This document shows, piece by piece, positions 1-7,915 of a DNA stretch of 13,183 nucleotides (position 1 is the stretch's first letter; each line of letters starts with the position of its first letter). The notes beneath the pieces are model-generated. The model searched no databases. It saw only the letters and a program-made list of their open reading frames with translations, and was not told the origin of the DNA. Source of the stretch: Archangiaceae bacterium (GTDB lineage Bacteria; Myxococcota; Myxococcia; Myxococcales; Myxococcaceae); contig JAYVCD010000329.1 in assembly GCA_043750125.1 (NCBI GenBank), positions 1-13,183 on the forward strand, written 5' to 3'. The position numbers and the translations under genes are program-made.

Positions 1-100
1 GGGAACGCACGCCGGGCTGTGCCCGGCAAGCTGTCCCCAGTTGCGAGGTGGATCAGTTTCAGACCGCCAGGTGGATCACTTTCAAGCCGCCCGGATCACA
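1..100. mobile_element. Terminus of a probable IS21-family insertion sequence; the rest of the element lies beyond the left edge of the window
   Basis: Read on the minus strand from 100, the sequence is 5'-TGTGATCCG-GGCGGCTTGAAAGTGATCCACCT-GGCGGTCTGAAACTGATCCACCT. This is a TG(T) tip followed by two tandem 23-bp repeats with a GAAAnTGAnCCA core, the typical layout of IS21-family ends. The acyltransferase-like coding sequence stops at this tip. No transposase lies in the window. Confidence 0.75.
46..91. repeat. Two tandem 23-bp direct repeats (putative transposase-binding sites)
   Basis: 46-68 aggtggatcagtttcagaccgcc and 69-91 aggtggatcactttcaagccgcc, 20/23 identical, followed by cggatcaca (92-100). 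Confidence 0.93.
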
Positions 101-253
101 CCCCGTCTCCATGGTTGATTAAACCAATCGGGTCACCAGGTTGGATGGGAAACATACGGCGTGTGAAGACCACGACACACAAGGCCGCCAGACCCGAAGG
201 GCATCGAGATAGCCCAAGCGCCCGGGCGGCACTTGGGGTTGCGTGCCGTGCAT
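101..253 (-). pseudogene. 5' fragment of an acyltransferase family 3 (OafA/YrhL-like O-acyltransferase) gene, frameshifted and truncated by the IS
   Basis: The ATG at 253 lies 2 nt after the methyltransferase stop and reads MHGTQPQVPPGRLGYLDALR. A second frame continues GLAALCVVVF and later INHGDGV. Joined, these give the Acyl_transf_3 N-terminal signature RLxxLDxLRGLAALxVVxxH...GxxGV. One base is missing in the G run at 193-195, and probably another near 165. Confidence 0.8.
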
Positions 254-255
254 GG

Positions 256-903
256 TTACTCCGACCGAGAAAAAGCCAGGAGGCCCTGGGCGCCAAAGAA
301 TCGCCACATCCAGGGCATTCGAACGTACAGACGAATGAGAACACTGGCGGTAGGCTTGCTGCCCTGCATCGTGAATGGCAGAAAGCGGTCGATGTAACGG
401 TCGGTCGTGAAGCCGGTGGTTTCGAATGCCTCGATCAATGCCCGGCCATCAATCGGCGTGATGTGATCGAAGAACATCCAGTAATCTGGGCAATACCGAA
501 TGTCTGGTTGAAGGACGACAACGCGCCCACCTGGTCGCAAAATCCGACGCAGTTCGGAAATGGTTGCAACGATGTCTGCCCGGGGCAGGTGCTCGAAAAA
601 ATTGCTGATAAAAACGAAGTCTACCGACTGGGGATCCAACCCGGTGTCCGTGCTCGGACGGGCAAGGAATTCGACACCCGGGTTGAGGTGCTTGGCGGCA
701 TCGGGGTTGAGATCCAGCCCGATCTTGCGACCGCAGCGGACATGGTTGATAAACTGCCCGTACCCGCACGGCATATCGAGGACGACGTCCCCTTCTTTGA
801 CAAACTTCTGAAAAAAATCCGCGACCAGAATGGACCAGACGCGGTTCCGCTTTTCGAGGTCAGAAAAGCGGTTCTTGTAGATTTGGCTGAGTTCTAGTTG
901 CAC
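256..903 (-). CDS. Class I SAM-dependent methyltransferase (215 aa)
   Basis: Motif I VLDMPCGYG, an acidic motif II GLDLNP, SVDFVFISNFFEHL and RILRPGGRVVV. The GTG start overlaps the upstream gene by 10 nt. Confidence 0.92.
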   Translation of the reverse strand: MQLELSQIYKNRFSDLEKRNRVWSILVADFFQKFVKEGDVVLDMPCGYGQFINHVRCGRKIGLDLNPDAAKHLNPGVEFLARPSTDTGLDPQSVDFVFISNFFEHLPRADIVATISELRRILRPGGRVVVLQPDIRYCPDYWMFFDHITPIDGRALIEAFETTGFTTDRYIDRFLPFTMQGSKPTASVLIRLYVRMPWMWRFFGAQGLLAFSRSE

Positions 904-3212
904 GGTTTGCGGTCCGTCGCGCTTGTATCCTTGCTCGTGGTGACGACATGCGCTTGGTGAACCACGAAACGGCCTGGATGCGTTCCGGGGTCGAGCCGGA
1001 GCTCTTGCGGAAGGGTTGTGGAAGGCAGTGGAAACACAATCGTGGCTCGCTTCGAAATGGGGAAGCGTGCCGAATTTTCACCGGAAAACGGAAGATCGCC
1101 ATTGCGCCAGAACACCATCGCTTCATCTGCCACAGGCACCTCGAGGTCGACGTAGAGCGTCCGTTGACAGTGGTCAGCAATCGGCGGCAGCGAGCCAAGA
1201 ATGGCAATCGGATCATTCCCCGTTGCGATCAGAGCGTAGCCTTCGGGGAGCGACTCGACAGTTGCGTCGTTGAGCTGCGTGGGGGTCGGCCAGGATTCGT
1301 CCGCCACCCGGTTGCTTTCAACTTTGTTGGGTGGGGTCCACCGAAGTGTAGAGACCTGAAGGTCGAAGCCCTGACGATGGCAGTTCTGCGCGTCGGGGCC
1401 GCCCGTGATCGTCAGGCTGATGACTTGACGATCAGCGAGAAGCTGGGTTGCGCCGGTGCTGAAGAAGTCTTGCAGGTCGGTGGGCGACTCGAGCAGAGGC
1501 GACGCCAGAAAGCCGGCCTCAGCCATGCTGGGCACGAAGCGAAATTGACGCGCTTCCCCCCCCTTGAACGTGACGGACAGTTCGAGGGGGGCGGGAGGCA
1601 TCAACACTCCTTCAAGTCGACACAGCACGCTTGGTGAAGACGCGACCTTCAGCCAGACGGGCGCTCGATCGAGGTCGGGAAGCGTCCAAGGCTCGCCCAG
1701 CTTCAGATGCTCGACCCCTTGGCTGGGAAGCAGCACTTCGCGCTGTTGAGCCTCGCGTTGCAATTGCAGCCAGATGCCAGTGGTCCGGGTGGGCCGGTAC
1801 CAGCGCATCAGCGAAAGCATCGAGGGGCCATCTTCGAGGGCGGGGTGTCGGTTGTCGATGGGCTGGAAGGCCCACAAAACGTTGTCCGGCCCGTGCGTCG
1901 CAAGGTGCTCTGCGTTGAGGTTGGCCAAAGCCGCGGTGTACGCCGCATAGCTCTGGAACACCGGACGAGGTCGCCAATTAAAATCGTTGGCCAACACGAC
2001 GGCCTGGTCTCGCGAATAAATATCCACAGAACCCGAAATGGGCGGCAAGTGCGCTTCGTTTCGAATCTGGGCCAACGACGCTTCCCAGAATGCGTGAGAA
2101 GAAGGCGCGGACCCCAAGACACGCGCTGCGAGTTGCCTCCAGGGAGCGGTCAACTGAAAACTCACCAGTTCGCCGTAATGTCGCGTCACGACGATCAGAC
2201 AGAAGGCAGCAGCGATGACCAGACCCAGCGGGAGAAGGGTCTTCGTGGGCGGGTAAATGACCAAGGTTAGCGCAGCAAACGAAGCGATTGTCCCCGCAGC
2301 GATCAGCGCGTGACCATCGTGTCGGGTGAACCCCGCTTTGTGAACAAGGAACAAAAAGGCAAATGTGGTCCCAACCGCAAGCAGCCGCAAAAGCAACCGT
2401 CGGGCAGAGGTCGCCGACTCATTGAAGGAGGTCCAAAGGCACAGCACCGCAAAGGCGGCTGACAGCCAATACAGTGCAATCTCTTTGAACGGCCCAAGAT
2501 TTCCCATCGCAAGCGCGTAGCCTCGCGAGATTTCGAGCGAAGTCCCGACGTATGCCCACACCTGCACGGACGAATAACCCAGGAAGGCCCAACCGAGCGC
2601 CACTGTCAGTAGGAACACACCGGGTGCCACCATATCGAGGCGTCTCAGGGTAACAAGGCCTCGCACTGCGATCGCGACCAGAACGAGGACCGCCGCAAGG
2701 GCATAGGTAAACTTGCACAGCGAAGCCAGGCCGAGGCCAAGACCCACCACAGCCAGGCTGGTCAGATTTCCTGGGCGCCAGACGCAAACCAAAATGGCAG
2801 ACGAAAACAGCAACAGAAATTGCCGGTCGCCTCTCACCGTCAGCACCAACACCAGACACAATGCAATGACCCGCCAAGGTGCAGGTCGCTCACCGCACCC
2901 GTCTGACCAGAGCAGCGCGAGACCGCAGGCGAAAAGGACATGGAAGGCGATCCACCAGGGCTGAATCGTGGGGTCGTAAGTTCCAGTGAAGAACGCTCCC
3001 AACGGCCCCATGGTGAAAATCAGGTCGCTGCCGAACTTGAGTCCGTGGGTCAGCGCATGGCTGACGCCCAGGGTCCATGACCCATCGAGGGTGTTGAGCG
3101 GCATCGGCTGAGCCGGCACGACGAAATAGAAGGCTCCCAGCGCGGCCCACAACCCCACCTGCCAGGTGACTCGTGTGCGACCATTGCCGCCTGGAAAGTT
3201 TTGGGCGCTCAC
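894..3212 (-). CDS. Polytopic membrane protein (~772 aa) with a large C-terminal soluble region; possible GT-C-like glycan-modifying enzyme
   Basis: About 10-12 hydrophobic segments in the N-terminal half, a first-loop motif LDGSW...GLKFGSDLIFTMGPLG, then RPVFQSYAAYT and PIDNRHPALEDG, and a terminal beta-rich DP...LRLDPG segment. The start is placed at GTG 3212, 20 nt after the upstream stop. The track's extension to 3551 overlaps the upstream gene. The start and function are uncertain. Confidence 0.8.
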   Translation of the reverse strand: MSAQNFPGGNGRTRVTWQVGLWAALGAFYFVVPAQPMPLNTLDGSWTLGVSHALTHGLKFGSDLIFTMGPLGAFFTGTYDPTIQPWWIAFHVLFACGLALLWSDGCGERPAPWRVIALCLVLVLTVRGDRQFLLLFSSAILVCVWRPGNLTSLAVVGLGLGLASLCKFTYALAAVLVLVAIAVRGLVTLRRLDMVAPGVFLLTVALGWAFLGYSSVQVWAYVGTSLEISRGYALAMGNLGPFKEIALYWLSAAFAVLCLWTSFNESATSARRLLLRLLAVGTTFAFLFLVHKAGFTRHDGHALIAAGTIASFAALTLVIYPPTKTLLPLGLVIAAAFCLIVVTRHYGELVSFQLTAPWRQLAARVLGSAPSSHAFWEASLAQIRNEAHLPPISGSVDIYSRDQAVVLANDFNWRPRPVFQSYAAYTAALANLNAEHLATHGPDNVLWAFQPIDNRHPALEDGPSMLSLMRWYRPTRTTGIWLQLQREAQQREVLLPSQGVEHLKLGEPWTLPDLDRAPVWLKVASSPSVLCRLEGVLMPPAPLELSVTFKGGEARQFRFVPSMAEAGFLASPLLESPTDLQDFFSTGATQLLADRQVISLTITGGPDAQNCHRQGFDLQVSTLRWTPPNKVESNRVADESWPTPTQLNDATVESLPEGYALIATGNDPIAILGSLPPIADHCQRTLYVDLEVPVADEAMVFWRNGDLPFSGENSARFPISKRATIVFPLPSTTLPQELRLDPGTHPGRFVVHQAHVVTTSKDTSATDRKPCN

Positions 3213-3232
3213 GTCGCGGTCTTGATCAGGGC

Positions 3233-4561
3233 CTAACGCCGAACGCGATCGCGCAGCAGTTTGATTGCGCCTTTCACACGCGGGAAGCGGCTCAATTCTT
3301 TCTTGGCGACCGCCTTCAGCCCGTTTGCGACTCCTTGTCGCCCCACGCCCTGGAGCCTGACCTCCTGCTCCGCAAGAAGGAGTGTCTTGCGCCGAATGAC
3401 CTCCTGCAGCGCGACCACCGATCGCTGCGAGGCCTCGAAGGCCTCGAGTACGGCGCGCCATTCGTCGGTCAACTCTTCGGGTCGCACGCGATCGAGGACG
3501 GCGCTCAATGCGGGACTCGACCCCAACGCCCCGTATGTCGCTTCGAGCCACTGGCGGCCATAGCGCGCATCAGGTTCCAGGTGACACCCTTCGCCCCACT
3601 CGTTCCAGGCGTTGATGAAGATGAACTGGCGATCTTCAGGGTGAATCAACCTCGTCTGGTCGACCATTCGACGCAGCCACTGCGCGTAGTTCATCGGGGA
3701 CGAATTGACGAACATGTGGGGCGTGTCCTGGCGCCGGGCGGTGTTGTCCCAGCTGGGCATCACGCCGCGATATCTGGCGTAATCCACCATCGGCCGGTGC
3801 ATCGCCTGACTCATCACCTTCTGGTAGTCGACCACTCCCCCCGAGAACTTCGGGTTGGTGAACTTGGGTATTGGATCGGGCTTGTTCTCTGGGCCGATCA
3901 GCTGGTGCGGGGGAAACTCGACCGCAGCGTCGAAGCCCCACGGCCGCGGGTCTGTGATTCCGTAGAACTGCACCGCGCAAAGGTGAACGTCTTTGAACCC
4001 TGCTTCACGCGCCACTTTTCGCCACCGCGCGGCAGTCGCCTTGGCGTCGGGGAACAGATCGACGCGGTAGACGAGCACCATCGGCGCTCCGCCCACCCGG
4101 ATGTAGCGGGGGTCTGCAAACAGCGGGAGCAGACTCTTGAAGAACGCCACGTCGTCGTCTGGCGTGTGATTTTGACCGAGCAGAATGTTCTTTGCCTGAC
4201 CGTCCCAGGTGCGGGTCCAGTTCTCGTTTGCCCAACACACACAAAATTCGAGCGGAATGTCTTTGGTTGAGGCGAACAATTCCAGCGGTCGCTCGAGGAC
4301 TCGACGACCGTTGAACCAGTAATAATAAAAACAAAAGCCGTGAATCCCGTACTCGTGCGCAAGCGCCGCCTGCTTTCGCAGCGTCTTGACCTCGCGCAGA
4401 TCGTAGTAACCGAGCTCGCCCGGCTCGTGCGGTTGGTAGTGGCCCTCAAAATTCGGCAGGCCCTTTCGAACGTTGGTCCACTCGGTGAACCCTTTGCCCC
4501 ACCATTCATCGTTCTCAGCAATCGGGTGGTACTGGGGCAGGTAAAACGCAATCGGTTTCAC
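3233..4561 (-). CDS. WbsX-family / glycoside hydrolase family 99-like domain protein (442 aa) with a helical C-terminal tail
   Basis: Signature motifs IAFYLPQYHPIAENDEWWGKGFTEWTNV, GFCFYYYWF, CWANENWTRTWDG, WDNTARR and FINAWNEWGEG. The GTG start at 4561 overlaps the upstream TGA (GTGA), with AAGGG upstream. Confidence 0.92.
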   Translation of the reverse strand: MKPIAFYLPQYHPIAENDEWWGKGFTEWTNVRKGLPNFEGHYQPHEPGELGYYDLREVKTLRKQAALAHEYGIHGFCFYYYWFNGRRVLERPLELFASTKDIPLEFCVCWANENWTRTWDGQAKNILLGQNHTPDDDVAFFKSLLPLFADPRYIRVGGAPMVLVYRVDLFPDAKATAARWRKVAREAGFKDVHLCAVQFYGITDPRPWGFDAAVEFPPHQLIGPENKPDPIPKFTNPKFSGGVVDYQKVMSQAMHRPMVDYARYRGVMPSWDNTARRQDTPHMFVNSSPMNYAQWLRRMVDQTRLIHPEDRQFIFINAWNEWGEGCHLEPDARYGRQWLEATYGALGSSPALSAVLDRVRPEELTDEWRAVLEAFEASQRSVVALQEVIRRKTLLLAEQEVRLQGVGRQGVANGLKAVAKKELSRFPRVKGAIKLLRDRVRR

Positions 4562-6996
4562 GGCGCGCCCTTGGTTGGAATCGACAGACGCAGCGTGCCG
4601 TTGGTGTGATGCGGAGACAGGTGGGGGTTGAAGTACGGATCTTGCTGGTTCGAAGCGACCAACCCTTCGAAGTTCTCGTCGGGCCGGGCGGCCCGCGCGT
4701 AATGAATGAGACGCGCGTGCGGAGTGTAGAGCACGCGGAGTCCCGCCGCGGTTGCGCGCATACACAGGTCCAGCGCCGGCGCGACACCCTTGGGTCCCGA
4801 TTGAAATCCTCCCAATCGATCGAGCACTTCGGCACGAACCGCAAAACAGGCAGACGAGACGGCCTGGTAGTTGCGCGTCCAGTTTGGGCTGCCCATTGCC
4901 GTCCACTCCCCTACGTCGGCCATGTGCTCGAAGGGACGCAGGGGAGCCACCGCGCCATTGAGTACCCAGCCCGCATCCTGAATGGTCCAGTCGGGGTACA
5001 CGAGCTTGGGGCCCACCACTCCGATTTCTGCTCGGAGCGCCTGCCCGACCAATTCCTGCAACCATTCCGGATCAATGATCGACACATCGTCGTGAACAAA
5101 CACGTAGACCTTTGCCTTCACGGCGCGCCAGGCCTTCTCGTACATCGCTCCGAAATCGCGCTCGCCGGGCCAGGGAAGGTGGCTGTCGGCATCGTGGCCC
5201 CGGGCGCCGCCAATCGTGACCAGCTTTCTGTTCTGGTAACGGGTCAAACCAAGGCTCGACAACAGCGGACTGGGCTTGTTGGGCGCCGCCACCACCACCG
5301 CCACTTCTACCGGGTTCGGAAGCTCGTATCGCACCTGGTATTGAGTCGGCTCGGGCGACACGACTTGGGCATTTTCGCCTAAACGCCGCAGATGATCCGA
5401 AAGCGCCCGGATGCCTGAGGTGGCGGCCTGGGGCTTGTTCGCGACGTTCATCGCGGTCGATTGGGGGCTCGCGCGCCAATGATAAAGCACTTCGGCGATG
5501 TGCCCGACCCGCTTGGCTTTTTCCGACAGCCGAAGGATCAGGTCGTAGTCCTGAGCTCCATCGAAGCCCTCACGAATGCGTCCGACGTCTTCGATCAGCT
5601 TTCGGCGAACAACGAGGAAATGGCAAACATAGTTGCAGGCGCGCAGCAAATCAGGCGACCACTCGGGCTTGAAAAACGGCAGCACCCGGCGGCCTGACAT
5701 GTCGAGACGATCTTCGTCGGTGTATAGAAAATCGGTTCCGGGAAAGCGCTCGAGGTGCAGCGCGACTTCACCCAGGGCGTGGGGCGCGAGCGCATCGTCG
5801 TGGTCGAGGAAAGCGACGTAGTCGCCGGTCGCGTCGTTCAGCGCATCATTGGTCGCCCGCGCGATGCCTCCGTTCTTCGAATTGAAGCGCACTCGAATGC
5901 GCGGATCTCTGCGCACATATTGTTCGAGCACGCTGCGCAAGATCGGATCGGCAGAGCCATCGTCCAGCAGGCACAATTCCCAGTTGTTGTAGGACTGGCC
6001 AAGCACGGATTCCAGACACGAAGTCAGTGCCTGAATTGGCGTTCGATACGTGGGAGTGATGAGGCTGATCAGCGGGCGATGGCGCAGCTCGTTTACTTCG
6101 CGTGCGACTTCGACCATGCGACGCGACTCGTGGGTCACCAGCGCCTGCGGGTACGAATACCGCCCATCGTCGGCGGGCCGCGGCAGGTCATTGACTGCTG
6201 CCAGCGTTCGCACGATCGACTCGTTGAAGATCTGCTGCTTGCGGAACAGCTCGTACCACAGGGGGAACATGGTCCTCGCCACGCCCTGCAGCTCGGCAGG
6301 AGCGGGCAGGCGGCTGTGCTCAGACAACTGCCCAAGCATCTCGTGCAACCGCGCAATTGAAATGCTTCCACTCGACAACGTCGCGACTGCGACTTCGATC
6401 ACCTCGTGGTTCCAGCGACGCTGTCGCTTGAGGGCGGGCTCGAACCACTGGCCAATGAGATTGAGGTAGCTCTGACGTCCGAACAGGCTGCGCGTCTTTC
6501 CCAACTGAACGGGGGTGTTCTTCAGCGGGTCGAGACTTCCACGAAGCATCCCGGCGACGGTCTTCCTTCTTTTGGGGTCGTCGACCTCGACCACCGGGTG
6601 AAGGTGATCGAGCAACGCCTGGTTGAAGGCGCGCTGGTGGTTGAGGAACTCGGTCTGAACGTCCTTCTGAACCCCAGCGACGAACGCCCGCTTGGTGGTG
6701 GTGACGACCCGGCCCAGAGCGGAGTTGCGATGCGACCGCGGAACCTCGGGAACCAGCGACCAGGACGCGATCGCCGGCCACAGCATTTCCATCGGGTTCC
6801 GGCGCGGTTGGGCGGTGCGGCGGGAAAGTTCTTCGGTGGCGAGGACGAGCAACCGGCGCTGGAGGGTCAGCTCGGTGGAAGACAGCTGGCCTGACTCTTC
6901 GAAACGAAGTAGCAGTCGATGCTGCGAGTCGATCAACTCGCGCAATTCGCTTACGGAAACAGGGGTCGTGTTTTGCTCTTCAGGGTCAACCAACAT
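4558..6996 (-). CDS. Glycosyltransferase family 2 with a helical N-terminal module and two GT-A domains (~812 aa)
   Basis: First GT2 domain: ISLITPTY, WELCLLDDGS, AFLDHDD, YTDED, FFKPEWSPD, GAQDYDL. Second GT2 domain: FVHDDV, VGPKLVYPDWTIQDAG, AVSSACF, DPYFNPHL. The start is ATG 6996, or alternatively TTG 7008. Confidence 0.93.
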   Translation of the reverse strand: MLVDPEEQNTTPVSVSELRELIDSQHRLLLRFEESGQLSSTELTLQRRLLVLATEELSRRTAQPRRNPMEMLWPAIASWSLVPEVPRSHRNSALGRVVTTTKRAFVAGVQKDVQTEFLNHQRAFNQALLDHLHPVVEVDDPKRRKTVAGMLRGSLDPLKNTPVQLGKTRSLFGRQSYLNLIGQWFEPALKRQRRWNHEVIEVAVATLSSGSISIARLHEMLGQLSEHSRLPAPAELQGVARTMFPLWYELFRKQQIFNESIVRTLAAVNDLPRPADDGRYSYPQALVTHESRRMVEVAREVNELRHRPLISLITPTYRTPIQALTSCLESVLGQSYNNWELCLLDDGSADPILRSVLEQYVRRDPRIRVRFNSKNGGIARATNDALNDATGDYVAFLDHDDALAPHALGEVALHLERFPGTDFLYTDEDRLDMSGRRVLPFFKPEWSPDLLRACNYVCHFLVVRRKLIEDVGRIREGFDGAQDYDLILRLSEKAKRVGHIAEVLYHWRASPQSTAMNVANKPQAATSGIRALSDHLRRLGENAQVVSPEPTQYQVRYELPNPVEVAVVVAAPNKPSPLLSSLGLTRYQNRKLVTIGGARGHDADSHLPWPGERDFGAMYEKAWRAVKAKVYVFVHDDVSIIDPEWLQELVGQALRAEIGVVGPKLVYPDWTIQDAGWVLNGAVAPLRPFEHMADVGEWTAMGSPNWTRNYQAVSSACFAVRAEVLDRLGGFQSGPKGVAPALDLCMRATAAGLRVLYTPHARLIHYARAARPDENFEGLVASNQQDPYFNPHLSPHHTNGTLRLSIPTKGAP

Positions 6997-7915
6997 CGGT
7001 GTGGGCAATTACCTTCACTTGGTCCGGCCGGTCAACGGCCTCGGGAAGATAGAAGGGGGCATCGATGTTTTCCCACCCGCTCAAATACGGCTGATAACGA
7101 AATTCTTCGATGAACACTTCGCAATAGCCCGGCCAATGATGGGGCGAGGGGGCGAGCCGGTTCTGCGGTGCAGACCCCATCGCGGCCTTCCAGTAGCGCC
7201 GCATCAGCTCGGGGCATTCGAGGGCGGCGGTCTGCCCCAGCAGGCTGCTGAAAGAGTTCTGGGGGTGAACCCGATAAGCGTAGAGCGGCGCGGGCACCAT
7301 CACCGGCTCGGTCACCAGAAGCGTTCGAAGCAAGAAGTCCCAGTCGTGACACAACCGGTAGGGCCGGAAGTAGCCCACGTCCTCGATCAGCGAGCGGTGG
7401 AAGAAGAAGTTGCCGGTCGAGATCGCGACGTTGGTGGGAATCAACGACCAGCCCACCGAAGGGAATTGCGAAACCTCGGTCTGTCTTTGCCCGAGCTGGA
7501 GCGCATAGGCGAGGGTCTGGCTCACGTCGCGGCCCCGGGGATCGACGTACCGGACGCCCGAGAAAGCGAAGCGCGCTTTCCCGCGGGTGCACCATTCGAG
7601 CATCGTCGCAATGCGCGTCGGTGCGAAGAAGTCGTCTGAATTGCACAGCGCAATCCACTGCCCCCGGGCCAGAGCGAGGCCCCGATTCAACTGGGCGTGG
7701 GCCCCCAGGTTGGTCGAGCGAATGCGTTTTACGTCCCGCCCGCGGCCGAACCGAAACCCCTGAATCAACTTCCAGGTGCGATCGGTCGACCCGTCGTCGA
7801 GGATCACAACTTCCAGCTCGCCGTGGGTTTGCTGGTCGATCGACTCCAGACACTGCACCACGTACTTCTCGTGGTTGTAGCAAGGCACGATCACCGTCAC
7901 CGACGGAGCGCTCAT
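6986..7915 (-). CDS. Glycosyltransferase family 2 (309 aa)
   Basis: Motifs VTVIVPCYNHEKY, ILDDGSTD, CNSDD and HDWDFLLR. A strong GAGGAGG ribosome-binding site precedes the start, which has an ATGA overlap with the upstream stop. Confidence 0.95.
   Translation of the reverse strand: MSAPSVTVIVPCYNHEKYVVQCLESIDQQTHGELEVVILDDGSTDRTWKLIQGFRFGRGRDVKRIRSTNLGAHAQLNRGLALARGQWIALCNSDDFFAPTRIATMLEWCTRGKARFAFSGVRYVDPRGRDVSQTLAYALQLGQRQTEVSQFPSVGWSLIPTNVAISTGNFFFHRSLIEDVGYFRPYRLCHDWDFLLRTLLVTEPVMVPAPLYAYRVHPQNSFSSLLGQTAALECPELMRRYWKAAMGSAPQNRLAPSPHHWPGYCEVFIEEFRYQPYLSGWENIDAPFYLPEAVDRPDQVKVIAHTDVG

Noticed and set aside
11-27. Hairpin gccgggc-tgt-gcccggc
   Set aside because: A perfect 7-bp stem, but with no U-tract on either strand. 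It lies inside the putative IS end and no function can be assigned.
46-100. Possible CRISPR array
   Set aside because: The repeats abut with no spacers, there are only two copies, and no cas genes are present. An IS terminus fits better.
96-344. 82-aa and 62-aa minus-strand ORFs as independent genes
   Set aside because: Each holds only one piece of the frameshifted acyltransferase, and both overlap the methyltransferase.
19-897. 292-aa plus-strand ORF
   Set aside because: Antisense shadow of the methyltransferase that crosses the IS boundary; no recognisable motifs.
3213-3551. N-terminal extension of the 885-aa ORF
   Set aside because: Arg-rich, low-information sequence in an alternative frame that overlaps the 3' end of the WbsX-like gene.
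4562-5065. N-terminal extension of the 610-aa ORF, or a frameshift fusion with the upstream GT
   Set aside because: Family similarity begins at GTG 4561, which has a GTGA overlap and a ribosome-binding site. The upstream GT ends normally after DPYFNPHL.
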